A program made the translations under genes and the position numbers. Below, piece after piece: positions 48,082 through 61,378 of a stretch of 64,000 nucleotides of DNA. This DNA is from Microthyrium microscopicum (taxonomy: Eukaryota): NCBI GenBank assembly GCA_010405405.1, contig MU004240.1, forward strand, positions 696,316-760,315. The letters are read 5' to 3'. The notes beneath the pieces are model-generated. The model searched no databases. It had not been told where the DNA came from and saw only the letters and a list, made by a program, of their open reading frames with translations. How positions within the stretch are numbered: the first letter of the stretch is position 1; each line of letters begins with the position of its first letter.

Positions 48082-48841
48082 TCACAGCACCACACAGCAA
48101 CCCGGCACCCTCCTCTCCTTCCTATCACCCCCCGCAATCATCGCCGCCCTCGTCGCCGCCTCAAACACATCATCCACGCCCTCCCCCGTCAAACTCGAGC
48201 ACTCCAAAAACTTCCTCGCCCCAATCATCTCCTTCATCTCATTGCCCTCCTTCGTCGTAATAAACTGCTGACTCTTCTTGCGCATCTCCTCAATAACTAG
48301 CGGATCTTCCCGTAAATCTTTCTTCAGCGCGACGAGGATGAGGGGGATGCCGGGGCAGCGTTCACGTGCTTCTTCTGCCCATTTCGCTTTGACGTTTTCG
48401 AAGCTGTCGGGCGAATCGACGCTGAAGCCGATGAGGATTACGTGGGCTTTGGCGTAGGCGAGGGGCCGCAGGCGCTCGTAGTCTTCTTGGCCGGCGGTGT
48501 CCCAGAGGGCGAGCTGGACTTGTTTGCCGTCGACGCGGCAGTCTGTTACGTAGTTTTCGAAGACGGTGGGGGTCTGGGTTTGTTAGGGATAGTAGATGGT
48601 GAGGGAGGGTAGATGTACGTAGCGCTACGAGATATGTTAGTCTGGAGAGGGTATGGGGGAAGGCGGGCGGACGTACGGTGGGAAAGTAGCCTAGTGTGAA
48701 GACGCTGAGGAGTGAGGTCTTGCCGCAGGCTCCGTCGCCGATTATGACAAGCTTCCTAGGTCCTGTTAGAGAACATTCTGGAGACAATTGGGTTTTTGAA
48801 GAATCGCACCGCCGCATAATGTCATCGCCGTTGTTCGCCAT
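48082..48841 (-). CDS. RHO2: Rho-family GTPase Rho2 (4 exons including a 6-nt micro-exon)
   Basis: RRKLVIIGDGACGKTSLLSVFTLGYFPT, PTVFENY, LWDTAGQEDYERLRPLAY and C-terminal CCVVL CAAX box. Confidence 0.95.
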
Positions 48842-50308
48842 GCTTGCAAACACGAGCTATGGAGAGCCTGGTGACAAACAATGCTTTGATATGATGTGTA
48901 CTGCAAAGGATGCGGGGAGGAGGATGGTAGGAAGGATTCGTGAGGTTAAAAGAGGATTGCAGACGGCGAGGATTATAAATTGGAAGCCAGAAGAAGGCTG
49001 AGCAAAAGAAGTAGTAGAAGAAAGTAGCAATACGGGAGAATAGTGTTGTTTAGCAGCTGCAACACCGAAGTAGGTGATGGCAGGCAGGCAAGCAGGCAAG
49101 CAGTGTGCAGGGAGGCTTTGCTCTCTCCAGTCTCCACTGACCTGCTGCAATGTTCTATTTCTAGAAGAGCTGAATGCTCGGTATTCGCTAAGCCTAATAC
49201 GAGAATTGTTGACAAGTATAAACTTTGCGCTCTACCGTTCAAGAACAACTGATGAATAGACGAGCCAATGCACAAGTGACGAAAATTCTCGATGTGCCAT
49301 CTTCTACCTAGGCTTTTGAGCTGAGTGTTGTACGGAGTGCCTCCCATCAAGTGCGCGAATTTCGAGTCCAAATGTCGACTACTCTAGAGTACATATGAAA
49401 TTGTAGCGTATACTATTCAACAAGAATTATAGCAAATGTCATACATGGAGCACTAAGTACTTATTCCATGGGGCATTACGTTTCGTCCTCTTGTGCTCCG
49501 ATACCGACATGTTATGCGACTATCTTGGTACGTCTAGAGAACTACCTTCAAAAAATGGGTTCATAAGGAGGTTAGGAGGTAAGATATGTCCTAGTACCTT
49601 GAAATTAGGTGGAACCAGGGGACATAGTAGAAGGTCTTGGAAGACAACCTTGAAAATCCAATTGTGGCAGCATCGATAATTGTATGCTTCGCCGCATTAC
49701 TGCATGATCTAAATAGTGGATAGTTGTTGCACAATTAGCAGCCAGATGCAAACTCTGCTCCTGCATCTAATCGGTCTAATCTGTCTTCTGAATCTCCTTC
49801 TCCCTCTATCGTTCCTGCCTTTTCTAGTCTTTTAAAATACACTAGCACCCTAAACGGGTAGTAGATCCAGCCAGCCACCAGCCAATGAGCCAAGGCCTTG
49901 TCGTTACTAAGCACCCTGCAATCTCGCAGCCACCTTTTGACATCAAGCTGTTGCTGCAAGCCTGTAACATCCAAGATATCTCCCACTTGCCTATTCCCAA
50001 CACCAAGCTACCGAGCCTGTTCCTCTGGCTGACACCTTCAACTGCTTGGCCTCAATCCCTCAACGCCCTCCCAGTTGTGGTGAGACTCCTTCAAGACCGC
50101 GCGGCAAGGAGAAGTAATCGACCAACGGACAAGTCCCTTCTTACGCCAACCCTCTCGACATTACATCTCGTCACTATTGCAACAATCCCAGGCTTGGACC
50201 CTACCTTAACACTCTTGATACCCAAAGCACATCACCCTTACTCCTCTACAACTGTCACTTGCCATTGACAGCTGTCCCCGACTCTTCCACCCCACTACAA
50301 CCCTCGTC

Positions 50309-53300
50309 ATGGCCCAAGGCACGAAAGGTGCCGGACGGTCTAGCCCGCCTTCCTCCCTTCCTATAGCTGCTCCCAACGGAACTCCTGGCCTTCCAAATGC
50401 CTCTCAGACTGGAACTGTCAATCGAAAGAAACAAAAGAAGCGCCAAAAGGCTGCCGCCAAAGCCGCTGCTCTCAACGATTCTCTTGCCCAGCAATCCGCC
50501 TCTCACATCTCCGGCCAAACTTCTCGAAATGGTCACCCGACCTATCACAATCATCCAGCTTCCTCTCCACCTCAGCAGAGACTTCCAATACGAGGCGGCG
50601 CACCTGGATATGATGTTTCATCGCCTCCTGAGCTCGACGACGACAGTACCAACGAATCTGATGACGACGACCCGCTGTACAACACCCGTCACGGTTCCGC
50701 AATGGGTACCCACGCTATCAACGGTCATCAATCCAGTACTATGTCCGCCAATGGAGCAAAGAAAAAGTCCAAGAAAAAGAAGAAGAATAAAGGCGGCTCA
50801 GCTTCGGGGGAACCAATGCCTCACGACCCATTCCCAATTTCCGCCGCTTTCCCCACTCATATGCGCAACGGTGCAAGCAAAGATCGCATATGGAATACGT
50901 CGACGCAAGAAGAACGTGAAAGAATAAAGGACTTCTGGCAATCTCTTGGCGAAGATGACCGCAAATCCCTCGTCAAGATTGAAAAGGAGGCTGTATTGAA
51001 AAAGATGAAGGAACAACAAAAGCACTCATGTAGTTGCTCTCTTTGCGGTAGAAAACGGAACGCTATTGAAGAAGAGCTAGAGGTTCTGTATGATGCATAC
51101 TACGATGAACTAGAACAGTACGCTCTCCTTGCGGGACCTGAAACAACAGGTCCCCGTATGTTTTCTTATGAGAATTCCAGCCAACTTCATAACAGGTTAC
51201 ATCCTGACGGTGCTCTCATGCATGCCACGACTCGACCTTCGCTACCAGATCTACCCAATGACGCTTTTGAGGATGACGAGGACGAAGACGAAGAAGAAGC
51301 TGAATATAGTGATCAGTATGATGATGAGGAGTATAGCGAAGAGGAAGATGAAGACAGCTACCAATCTGCACCGGACTACTTGGGCTTTGGAAACAGTCTG
51401 ACTGTTAAAGGTTTGCTATTTGGTAATTCTTGCATCTAGAGCTAACTTGTATAGGTGGTATCCTCACAGTGGCCGACGATCTACTCAAGAATGATGGCAA
51501 AAAGTTCATTGACATGATGGAGCAAATGGCCGAACGTCGCATGCAAAGAGAAGAAGAAGCTCAATCAACTGCCACGACCCCGTACAATGGCCATGACCAT
51601 GGTGTCGAAGAAGAAGACTACGATGAGGAAGACGAGGAAGAGTATGATAGTCAGGAAGACATGGAAGATGAGGAGGACGAACCGGTAATGTGTGATGCTG
51701 GGGCTATGGACTTGATCTAACGTTAGCAGGAGACTCTGAACGAATCTCAGCGCATGGAAGAGGGACGTCGAATGTTTCAAATATTTGCAGCTCGCATGTT
51801 TGAACAACGAGTTCTAACTGCATATCGGCAAAAGGTGGCTGACGAGCGGCAAAAGAAGCTTTTAGAAGAACTGGATGCCGAGAAGGACATTGACGTGCAA
51901 CGAGAAGCCAAGAAGCAACGCGATGCTCAAAAGAGAAAGGAAAAGAAACAGCAACAGAAGCAAGCCAAGGCGGAAGAAAAGGCTCGTAAGGACGCTGAGA
52001 AGAAAGCAGAAGAAGATGCTGCCAAACGTCTAGAAGAGCAGAAGCAGGAAGAGGCGAAAAAGAAGAAAGAGGAGCAGCGCAAGAAGAAAGAGGCCGAACG
52101 GAAAGCGCAAGAGGCAGAGAAGACTCGCAAAGAAGCTGAACGCGTCAAGCGTCAGCAAGAAGAACGAGAGAAACAACAAGAAGCTGAACGAAAGGCTCGA
52201 GATCAGAAACAGCAAAAGGAAAAGGCTCGAGATGAAGCTCGTCGCAAGGCCAAAGAGGAACAAGAGGTCAAGGAGCGTGAAGTGGCAAAGGAAAAGAAGG
52301 CACAGGTTGACCAAGCACGTCGCGATCAAGAAGAGAAAAAGAAAGCCGAAAAGGCAGCTTTGGAGAAGCTTGTGCAAGAGAAGTCTACCGAGAAAATCCG
52401 TCGAGATGCTCAACAAAAGCGTCCAGCTTCAGGAGCAGCCGTCGCGGTTCCGTCACTCCAGCGTAATATCTCCAATATTTCTTCGCCGCATGTCAGTATT
52501 GCAACACCAGCGTTACCTAAAGCGCCTACTCCTGCTCGGCGAACAGGTTCACAGCAAGGCTCCAAAGTCTCGTCACCGAAAACACCCATTGCACCTGCGA
52601 GCATGGGCAAATCTGGATCGCCTGCTGCTAGTTCTCAACAATCCTCAAACATTATGCAGCAATCAGTTTTAGCGAAAGCTCCTGCAGTCTCAATGCCCAT
52701 ACCACATGGAATGCCTACCAATCCAGGACCTTCTCATAATATCGCTCCTCCCCCTGGTTTGTACGGATTCAATCCGCCACCGCAGGGCATGAATGGATTT
52801 ATGCCACAGAATGGCCTTCCCAATCATCAGGCAAATTCGATGTATTCTCAGCCGCCACCTGGCAACCAATATCGGTATCCTTCAAATCCTTTACCACAAC
52901 ATCTTGCTGGAATCCCTGGATCTCGGCCTTTTGGGGATCAAATGCCCAACATGTCGGCACAACTTCCAGTCAACACTCCTCCGCCACCAGGATTGGGTGG
53001 TTTTGGCCGGGATATGAAGCCAACCAATCAAGGTCAGCATACTCGACAAACTAGTGGCTCGTCAGGATACGAAGGGTCGATCACTGCACCAATTCAACGT
53101 CCTGCACCAATTCAGCGACCATCAAGTGTGAAGCCACACGAACAGCATGGCGGCCAGCGTCTAGATATCGACGATCTAAGCACTCAGTTTGGTAGCAGCG
53201 CTCTGCTCGGTGATTCAGATGATATTCTTGGCGACTCGAATTCACATGGTCACTCGTCCATGCCGACAATGAGAAGCGGTGCCTCAAACATGTCGTCGAA

Positions 53301-53931
53301 CCTGGCTGGAGCGTTTGGGGCCTCTCCGCTGTTCCACCAACAATCAAATCCCTTCGCCATGGCTCCTGGGACCACACCAGGTGGTTCATGGGCCTCTCCA
53401 CAACTTCCATTTGGCACCACACCCACCATATCCCCATCCAACAACCCAGCGTCAAATTGGGGCAGTTCTTGGGCAGCAGCTGCACCAAAAAGCGGCATCA
53501 ATTTCGGTACGCTTGCCGCTGGCCAGGCCCGACCCACTTCGCAGCAACTTCGAATCAACGTTGTTGCTGCCTGGCATCAGATCACTAACTCGATCCGTGG
53601 AATTGCTGATGGCTACGTTGAGCTTGCGACAATCATGACGCGACTACCTAACAGCTATCCGCCCGTGCGCGTCCAAGACGTACTCAACATCTGCGAGACC
53701 GAAGGCGCGCACAACAATGGTGGCGGCTTCTTTACCATCAAGCCCACCACGCCGGTTGAGAAGACGCTTATCAAGTACTCTGCGGATCAGAACGCGCCTG
53801 TGCGTGGCTTTGGCGGCGAGATGATGCGGAGCCCAAGTTTGAGTAATAGTATTCCCTCAGGTTTGGCGCCTGGTGGAGGCCCGCCGGTCCCGCCTGGATT
53901 TCTGCCGAATCTCGGACCTCAGTTGCTTTAG
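50309..53931 (+). CDS. NST1: Stress response protein Nst1 (3 exons)
   Basis: [17 protein letters not shown]...[55 protein letters not shown] and [21 protein letters not shown]. Introns at 51411-51454 and 51685-51729. Confidence 0.95.
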
Positions 53932-54670
53932 AAGAGCCAGCCAAAGCAGCATTGTGCGATAAGATCATTGGGAGCGCTTCCTAAGCAGTAGCTTCTAAAG
54001 TTCAGAGAAATCTAAACAGTTGTATTATTCGACTCAATGTTCGTTGGGATGCAGTTGCTTGCATTACTAGGCCTTGGTTGCGGATGTCAAAGAGATGAGT
54101 CTCGAGTTCAGAATCGAAAACTTAATTGTATCCTATTCCTGAAGGTCTACAGTTGCCGTGTTTTGGCTGTAGAGCTTCTTTCGTCTTTTGCTCAATGTCT
54201 GTACGGAGTTGGGACTATCTTGGGCTTGTAGCATTGTCAGTCCTCATTGAAATCATCGCTGTTGCCAGTAGGCAATATTATAAACATCACATTGGTATTA
54301 TCCATTCACGTGTCTTGCAAGTGCTATTCGAACGATCTTTGGGTCGTTAATGCGCGGTCAAACTGGTCGCCAGAAAGATGGCATGCCACACAGAAGAGTT
54401 GTTCATGTAAGAGAGGACTTTTCTTCATTAATCAACAAGCCTACACCTATGTTTTCGTCAAGAATTTGATATCGTACAGAAGACCGCCTGATCCAATTGA
54501 CTCCTCCAACCAGTATTCTGCCCAGTTTCACATCATAGTCATAACAAGATCCTTCAAGTAAGAAGGCATATCACAGCCATCCAACCAATCCCCTCTTTGA
54601 ATAGGTAAAAGCAAGACGCCGTCGCTAATAATGATTCGCAAGTATACGTTCCATTTCTTCAAAGACCCAA

Positions 54671-55351
54671 CTACGACGCCTCCCGATCCTTGCGCATACC
54701 TTCCAGCACCGCGACCATACCACCATGCCTCAGCCGCTCCATCACAATCTTCATGCCCTCCATAGCATTCGGCTGCGACTTGCTCGCTCGGTTCAACCCA
54801 ATTGACTCAATCGTGCTTTGCAACGATGCCTGCGACCACCTCGCCAAAAAGTTCCCCTGCGGTGCCTCCGCCGCACTCTCCCTCGCGCGCCTAAACCGCT
54901 GCCCAAGTCTCGAATGCAGCGTAACCGTTGTCGCCACCTCCGTGCCCTCATCTCCAAAGTTCCCCTTTGCTTCCAGCGGCCTCTTATACGTCTGTCGTTC
55001 AATCACATCCAATACCGTTGTAAGTTCCAAATTCCGGCTTTCCGTCGCCATCCAGCCTTCGCGCACATCGACGACACTGCGCTCGAGGATGTAGGCTTGT
55101 GAGTCGCCATTTGCGGATGCGCCGAGTAGACTGCGCGGGAGGAGCTTGACGACGGCGGCGGGCAGGCGGGAGCGCTTGAGATGGAGGCGGGTGGTGTAGA
55201 GGCGTTGCGTGGCGGGGTCGAAGGTGCGGTCGAGGACGTCGGTGGAGAGGACGTGGCGGGAGTAGGGGTTTGGATAGCGAAGGAAGTAGGCGAGGGTGAC
55301 GGTGGCGAAGGGGTAGTCGTAGGCGTAGTTTTGGGAGTAGACTTTGACCAT
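54671..55351 (-). CDS. UPS1: PRELI/MSF1-domain mitochondrial lipid transfer protein (Ups1-like)
   Basis: YPFATVTLAYFLRYPNPYSRHVLSTDV...YILERSVVD...TESRNL. Confidence 0.88.
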   Translation of the reverse strand: MVKVYSQNYAYDYPFATVTLAYFLRYPNPYSRHVLSTDVLDRTFDPATQRLYTTRLHLKRSRLPAAVVKLLPRSLLGASANGDSQAYILERSVVDVREGWMATESRNLELTTVLDVIERQTYKRPLEAKGNFGDEGTEVATTVTLHSRLGQRFRRARESAAEAPQGNFLARWSQASLQSTIESIGLNRASKSQPNAMEGMKIVMERLRHGGMVAVLEGMRKDREAS

Positions 55352-55784
55352 TGTGTATGATGTTGGCGCGGCGGATTAGCCGGCCTGGGGCATTGTTTGG
55401 TGGTTGATTGGTAGTTTGTGAGATGAGGAGCTTAGGATATAGGTATTATTGGGGGATTTTGAGCTGGAGGATTGGTGTTTATAGGGGGAATGGTTGTTGG
55501 GGAGTATGATGGCGATGGTCTCGTGCTCTGATGATGGTGAGGTCAGTCTTCAGATCTGATGTTTCATTTGAGATGTTTCAGACGCTAGGCGAAAAGAGGA
55601 CTGCAAATACGGCTAGGTGCACTAGAGCACTAGCGGTATTTAATGCCATGATTTTCCAACTCCTTGTGAAAAAGATATGTGATGCTTTTACATCTACAGC
55701 AATTCAATTGCACCTCTTGCCAGTCCAATTCACAAACTCATGGCATCGATATAGCTATAACCACCCTGCTGGGTCTGCGCCGTC

Positions 55785-57869
55785 ATGTCTGCCTCTACAA
55801 TAGCGTCAATATCGCGCGTAAGTAAACACCGATCCAGCCTGTGAAGCCGACAAGAGCTTCCATTTAAACAACGGCGCAGTATCTTGATGATGCTAACAAG
55901 TTAATAGCTAACGGAGAACTCTCCTACGGCGCATCTCTTGCGGTCCTCTCGTCTATTCTCAATACCCGCACCTCTTCCTCGACCGAATCTGCATAGTCTT
56001 CGATCTGGAAAGACTCACATCTCCGACACAGCAACGTCTCCTTACCCTACACACCAAGTCATTACAACAACAGACTCCTCAAGGCATCGTGGCGATTGGG
56101 GCTTGAAACGATCTCTACCACTGAAGACTACATCTACTGCCAGAGCCTTGCGCGTAACTGCACTGGATACATTTGATGAAGTCACCGAATACCAACATGC
56201 GCATGACCACGCCAAAACGCTAGCAAAACTTCAAGAACTTAATCTAGACTTTGTTCGACCACCACAAGGAACACAAAATCTAAGAGGTCGCCCAAGGCAG
56301 CCCAGTGCTTTTGAACCGCGATATGACCAAACGGCACCGAAGCCAATGTCTTTAGCCGAAAACATAACTGATCGCGCGCTCGGGTCCGGAGCCAAAGCAA
56401 CACTACCGTCCCGATGGAAACGAAGAGGTCCAGAGCTGCGAGATATGCCCGAGGGCCAGTTCACCCAGTATCTGGATGGAGTTTCCTCACAATCCAAGGA
56501 CTTTGTACGCTTCCTCAAAGCCCACTATATCACAGAAATGGCACCAAAATGGGCAAGGAGGAGGCGACCTCGTGGAATGCTACTAAAAAAAGATTTTTTC
56601 CGGGCTGTAGCAGCAATGACCCATGCCGAAGCTGAAGCCTATCTACTTGGAAGTTTCCCCGATTTCGTTGGGCCTGTGGATAAGGCGTCAACATCTCGAC
56701 CTTGGTTGGAATCGAAGCCTGTCGAGTTTTCCATGGCGGCAAGAATTGCGAGAGATAAGCTTGCATACGAGCGACTAAAAGCAGCAGAACGCGAGGCGGA
56801 GCGGCTTGCAAACGAGCAAGTTGCGACCGACAGACTTGTGGCAATGCAGGTTGAGGAAGACAGCCTGGCGAAGGAATCCAATGAATACCTTGATTCACAA
56901 CCCGAGGCCGGTGAGTCTCAAGAATGGGCTGGATCAACCCCCGAGACCAGACGCAGAATCCTGGAAATGGAGGAGTCACATACATCACTACAAAATGCCG
57001 GCACAGAGTCAGCAGAAATTCTGAGCAACGCTCAAGAAGAGTCAATGCTGCGAGAGAGGATGAGTAAGTTACAAGAACATGTGGAAGTGGTAGAAAGACA
57101 GTTTGGGCTCTACATCAGCGCTGATTGGGAACCCTACTTGATCCGTTTCCGTAACTCCTCCGCCGATCCACGATACAGCGCCCTCATTGAGTACTTCTTT
57201 GATCTTCCAGAAACCCAGACAGGCTTTGCTGAGAGGAAAGCTGAACTCACCACTCACCCTTCCGCAGGTGTTTCCTACCGCCGAGCGCCCACCGCGGTTG
57301 TCAATCATCCTGAATTTGGTCCCATGGCCGATCCACTTCCTCACATGGCCCGTCAAGTCGTGGGCAGAACGTTTGCACTGGCTGGCACCAGGGAGCCAAG
57401 ATTTAGTGGCCAGCCGACTGCAGGCGATTCCGACAAACCTGGTCTAGCTGGTCTCGTTGTTACGCCGGCATACAGCCAGTACCCCATACCGTTCTCTACG
57501 GACCGAAATACCAACAATATCGTCTCCTCCAAGTACAAGTCATACGACGCTCAGACCGGCGAGGCAACAGTAATGCAGCGAGGAACAGCCAAGGGTTGGG
57601 TTGTGGTGAATCAAGCGCGAGTTGCGGCAAGTGGTCGCTTAGAAGTTCAAGTCAGCCAGCCTATGACTGGCACGACGAGGGTCGCAGAAGGTGCATTGTA
57701 TGATCTGATCGCAAAGCAGAAGGCACCTCTAGGAAACCCATTGGATGAGGAACCGAAGTTCAGAGTTCAGAAAGCAAAAGGTTTTGAGGATAAGGAAATT
57801 TCTGATGGCAAGCCAATGATGGATCTGATGCAAGATTTCATAAAGAAGGGAGAAGAGAAGGGATACTAG
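55785..57869 (+). CDS. MRP51: Mitochondrial ribosomal protein Mrp51 (bS1m; 2 exons)
   Basis: SPTAHLLRSSRLFSIP, PTHQVITT..SSRHRGDWGLKRSLP and TTHPSAGVSY. 33-nt exon 1 (55785-55817), intron to 55907. Confidence 0.85.
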
Positions 57870-58096
57870 ATCCCATGTACATTAAGTAATATAGCATATA
57901 TGTCAACATATTCACTCAGCTACATCTAGACTCGAGTCTTTACGAGGACGAATGGTTTCGATTACTGTTTTATGTACATCAACTATCAATTACACCAACT
58001 AGCTCGCCAGAAGGATCATTCAATATGTTGCTATCTATGCCGCCAGATAATTCGACGTTTGAAGGAAGTCATAAGTTTCCTATCAGGGTCTAGTAC

Positions 58097-58651
58097 CTAG
58101 ACACGAAGAGCACGAGCAGCTCTCTTGCTTGCACTTCCGCCAAAGAAAACGATTCCATTGTTCAAGTCCGTCACAACAGCCTGTGCCTGGTTGTTGGCGA
58201 TGCTCTGCGCAGCACTTGGCACCTTGCTAACCACAGCCGCAATAAACGCCTGGCTCGCCGTCTTCTGCTGCTGCAACTGCGTTACGACAGTACCGTCTGC
58301 GTTCGCTGCATCAACAATGCTCTTCTTGTTCTCCAAATCTGTAACAGTCGTGTTGACAGCGCTCACAAGGCTGTTGGAGCTGGACAACAAGGTAATGGAA
58401 TCGGTCAAGCTCAGGTCATCTGTGGCAGAGACGGTGGTCGTGCCAGAGTTGAGCGCATCGGTGACGGCGTTGGATTGGCTGACGAGCGTGTTGATGGCGG
58501 TGGTTGGGTCGGTGGAGGAGGTGAGGCCGTTGATGGAGTTGTCGAGGTTGGTGACGGCTGCTTGGATCTTGGTGAATTCGCCTTGGATTGTGGCGAGGTC
58601 AGCGGCGACGAGGCCGGTAAGGGCGAGGGTGATGAGGTTGGAGAAACGCAT
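58097..58651 (-). CDS. Secreted HsbA / cell-wall mannoprotein (Mp1)-like protein
   Basis: Signal peptide, amphipathic helical pattern, LSLTDSITL, LENKKSIV and AVVSKVP. Confidence 0.8.
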   Translation of the reverse strand: MRFSNLITLALTGLVAADLATIQGEFTKIQAAVTNLDNSINGLTSSTDPTTAINTLVSQSNAVTDALNSGTTTVSATDDLSLTDSITLLSSSNSLVSAVNTTVTDLENKKSIVDAANADGTVVTQLQQQKTASQAFIAAVVSKVPSAAQSIANNQAQAVVTDLNNGIVFFGGSASKRAARALRV

Positions 58652-60031
58652 GTTGATATAGAGTCTGAAATAGGGCTTTTGATGTGCAAACTATTGATCC
58701 GTGGGAAGATATGCTTTGATGTTGATGTTCAAATTCATAGATCTCGAGGTCATCACTAACATGTTATATACTACTTACGAGAGTCTACTTGCTTGAATCA
58801 TTCTCTTCACATGGCATCCAATTTGAAGAATAGCATGTTGTGATCCGAGGCGCAAATTTCTAGGTAGTCATTTGATACCTCCAAAACAACCGGATACTTT
58901 TGCTGAAAGGGTAGGTGAGTGGACAGTGGAGCTCATGCTAGAACCAGGGGAGAAGAAAACTTGGGGAAATAGTTCCTGGACCTGGTATAGTTGATCATGA
59001 ACTGACATGAAAGCTGGGGTACGTAAGATCTTCATTTCAAACCATGTAACCTTGAACTATAAAACCGTACTTGGGAGGATTGCGCCTTGTAATAACAGTC
59101 ACTGAGGTGTTTTTCAACAACCCAAGCCAAGAGGAGAAGTTGAGAAGAACAGCAAGAATCTTCTAGAGCGCTAGTTCAGTTGATAGGTTGGAAGTACTAT
59201 GTCATGCCGTGTTATAAGGCTGGGAAGCGTTGTATAGAATGTTAATATACATGACACACTTTCCTCTTGAGTCGCTTGACAGCCGCCTTTGACTTACGCT
59301 TGCCAGGATCTGGCCGAACCAGGATCAAGTACCTGCTTCGAATAGCTGTAAGCCTGTAATATTACCGCCGAACATGCGACAAGCTGTGTGGAACCGTTGG
59401 CAACGTGGAGAACGTGGACAGCTAAGGCACGTAGCCAGTATCCTGGTTACATGCTTCTGCTTGCTATGTTTGGCAGCTGAGATGTCAATGGCAACATCCT
59501 CATTCTACACTAGCTATGCACTCCGTACAATTTAGCCGTGCTTGTGTATGGGTCCGAAATGATGGTGAAGAACGAGTTGCCGGGATTTATTCTTTCTCGA
59601 TCTGCGATCGGGTTGACCAAAAACTAGACCGAGAAAACACCAGGACAGTGGCTTCTCCTTACTTGTAATCCGTTGTTCTACCATTCTCCTTTTCGGTGAT
59701 TACCTGGATGCTAGAGAGTTTGAGAGAAAAGTCAGATCCAGGTTGCTTTGCCGCCTGAAGATCAGACAATGTAGCTGCTCAATGATGACAGAAGCCAGGT
59801 ATATGGTGACTAGTCGCAACTTGCCTGGTTGCTCGGCTTTCGAATGCAATGGATGCCATGTCGAAGCTTGTGACAGCAATTGCAGTTATGGTTTTTGCGA
59901 TCACACAGCCAGGATGAATACAGGCCAGGAATGGTCTTCACCGAACCAATAGCACATCAAGCTTGTTGAACGAGCATTCTTTTCAATTCTTGAGGGTAAG
60001 TTCTTGCATTAAGCATGTTGGCATCGCCGGT

Positions 60032-61378
60032 CTATCGTTCTATCGTGATCTGCGTCGAGATTTCCCACTTCACTCCTTTACTCCCTTCTCCATAGCCACC
60101 ACCCAGGCCATTTTTGACTAGTCTCGCCACACGTTCCCGTAGCATCTCGACCTGGTCGCGACTCCGCACCCGAAGTTTGAAGTTTGCCATACACAGTCCA
60201 TAGTGCACTTGCCACACTTTCGCCTCATCAACCCCGCTGACGGCGGGCTCTTTGGTTAACTCTTGCACGATCTGACGTACACCTGGTCCGCTATACGACA
60301 TTAACAGCATTCGGCCTACGCCGTAACAGAGTCGCGAGCCGAGAGTAACCATTCCTATGGCGTAGGTAAAGCCAAGTATGGGGTCAACAATGCCAGACAT
60401 GTGAACTCCAAACAGTGGCAGTACCAACAAGAAGATCGAAAGCGATATTGGCAGGAAGTGGCTTGGATTTCGGAATGCGCTAGGTAGAGACTCGAAAAGC
60501 GGGAAGCGGATAGCCTTACCAATCCGCGCATGGTTTCCTAGAGTTGATGCTGATATGACGGTACACATAATAGCGGCCAGAGGAGCCAATATCAATCCAT
60601 ACCCGCTAGGAGGATCATGGCGATGCCCATGCGCTGCACCTGGGCCTTCTGAACTTTCAAGTGCGTGGGTCAGTCCGTGAGAGAAAAGATCCAATCCCAT
60701 GAATAACAGTATAATGCTCATCGCCAGTCCGGCGAGTACTTCGCTTCGTTCCAAGCCAAACGGGTGGCTTATGCTGCTTCGATTCCATACTTCAAAGTTC
60801 CGGGAAACATCAACAGCCATGCAAAGAAACGCGCCGAGTACGTCGAAGAAGAGTAAGTGAGACAGAGCGGTCTGAGACAAGCTCTCATGAGCTCGAATCT
60901 GAACATACGCAGCCACTGCCAAGTGACATAGACACCATATCCATCTAGTCTTTTGCTCCTTCGTCATGCTGGCTCTAAACTCTCTAAATGTAGGGACCGG
61001 AAGTGATATAGGTAGTTGTAGAGGGGTTCTAGGGGCCGGGGATAGGATAATATGGTGTGATACGGAGCTTCGCGCATATTTGTGACCGCGACGTCGACCG
61101 AGATCCTACTCAATTAGAACGTGATGCATACATATAGGAGATCTACTACATACAGATTTTAAAGAGTTTGGAGCTGGGCCTACTAGGTATTGCTCTGTCT
61201 CAAAATTGAAGGGATTTGGGGTTGATTCTGTGCCAATAGCATCATTCTGGGACGATCGACGAGGCGAATACGGCCCAGCTGGACTAAGCGTGCCTTGAGA
61301 GAACGATACTGATCGCGGAGAGGCCCGCGGAGGGAAGTTCTCTGGTGGGGGGACGTTGATTGTTGGCGTGGACTGCAT
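60032..61378 (-). CDS. ZRG17: Cation diffusion facilitator (Zrg17-like zinc transporter; 2 exons)
   Basis: GRRRGHKY, LPISLPVPTFRE, HLLFFD, HPFGLERSEVLAG and WQVHYGLCMAN. Intron at 61106-61153. Confidence 0.85.

Noticed and set aside
49079..49103. (GGCA/AGCA)n microsatellite upstream of Rho2
   Set aside because: Short, imperfect and common, with no evidence of function.
59743..59952. Small Cys-rich ORF as an effector or metallothionein
   Set aside because: Non-ATG start, no signal peptide and no recognisable pattern.
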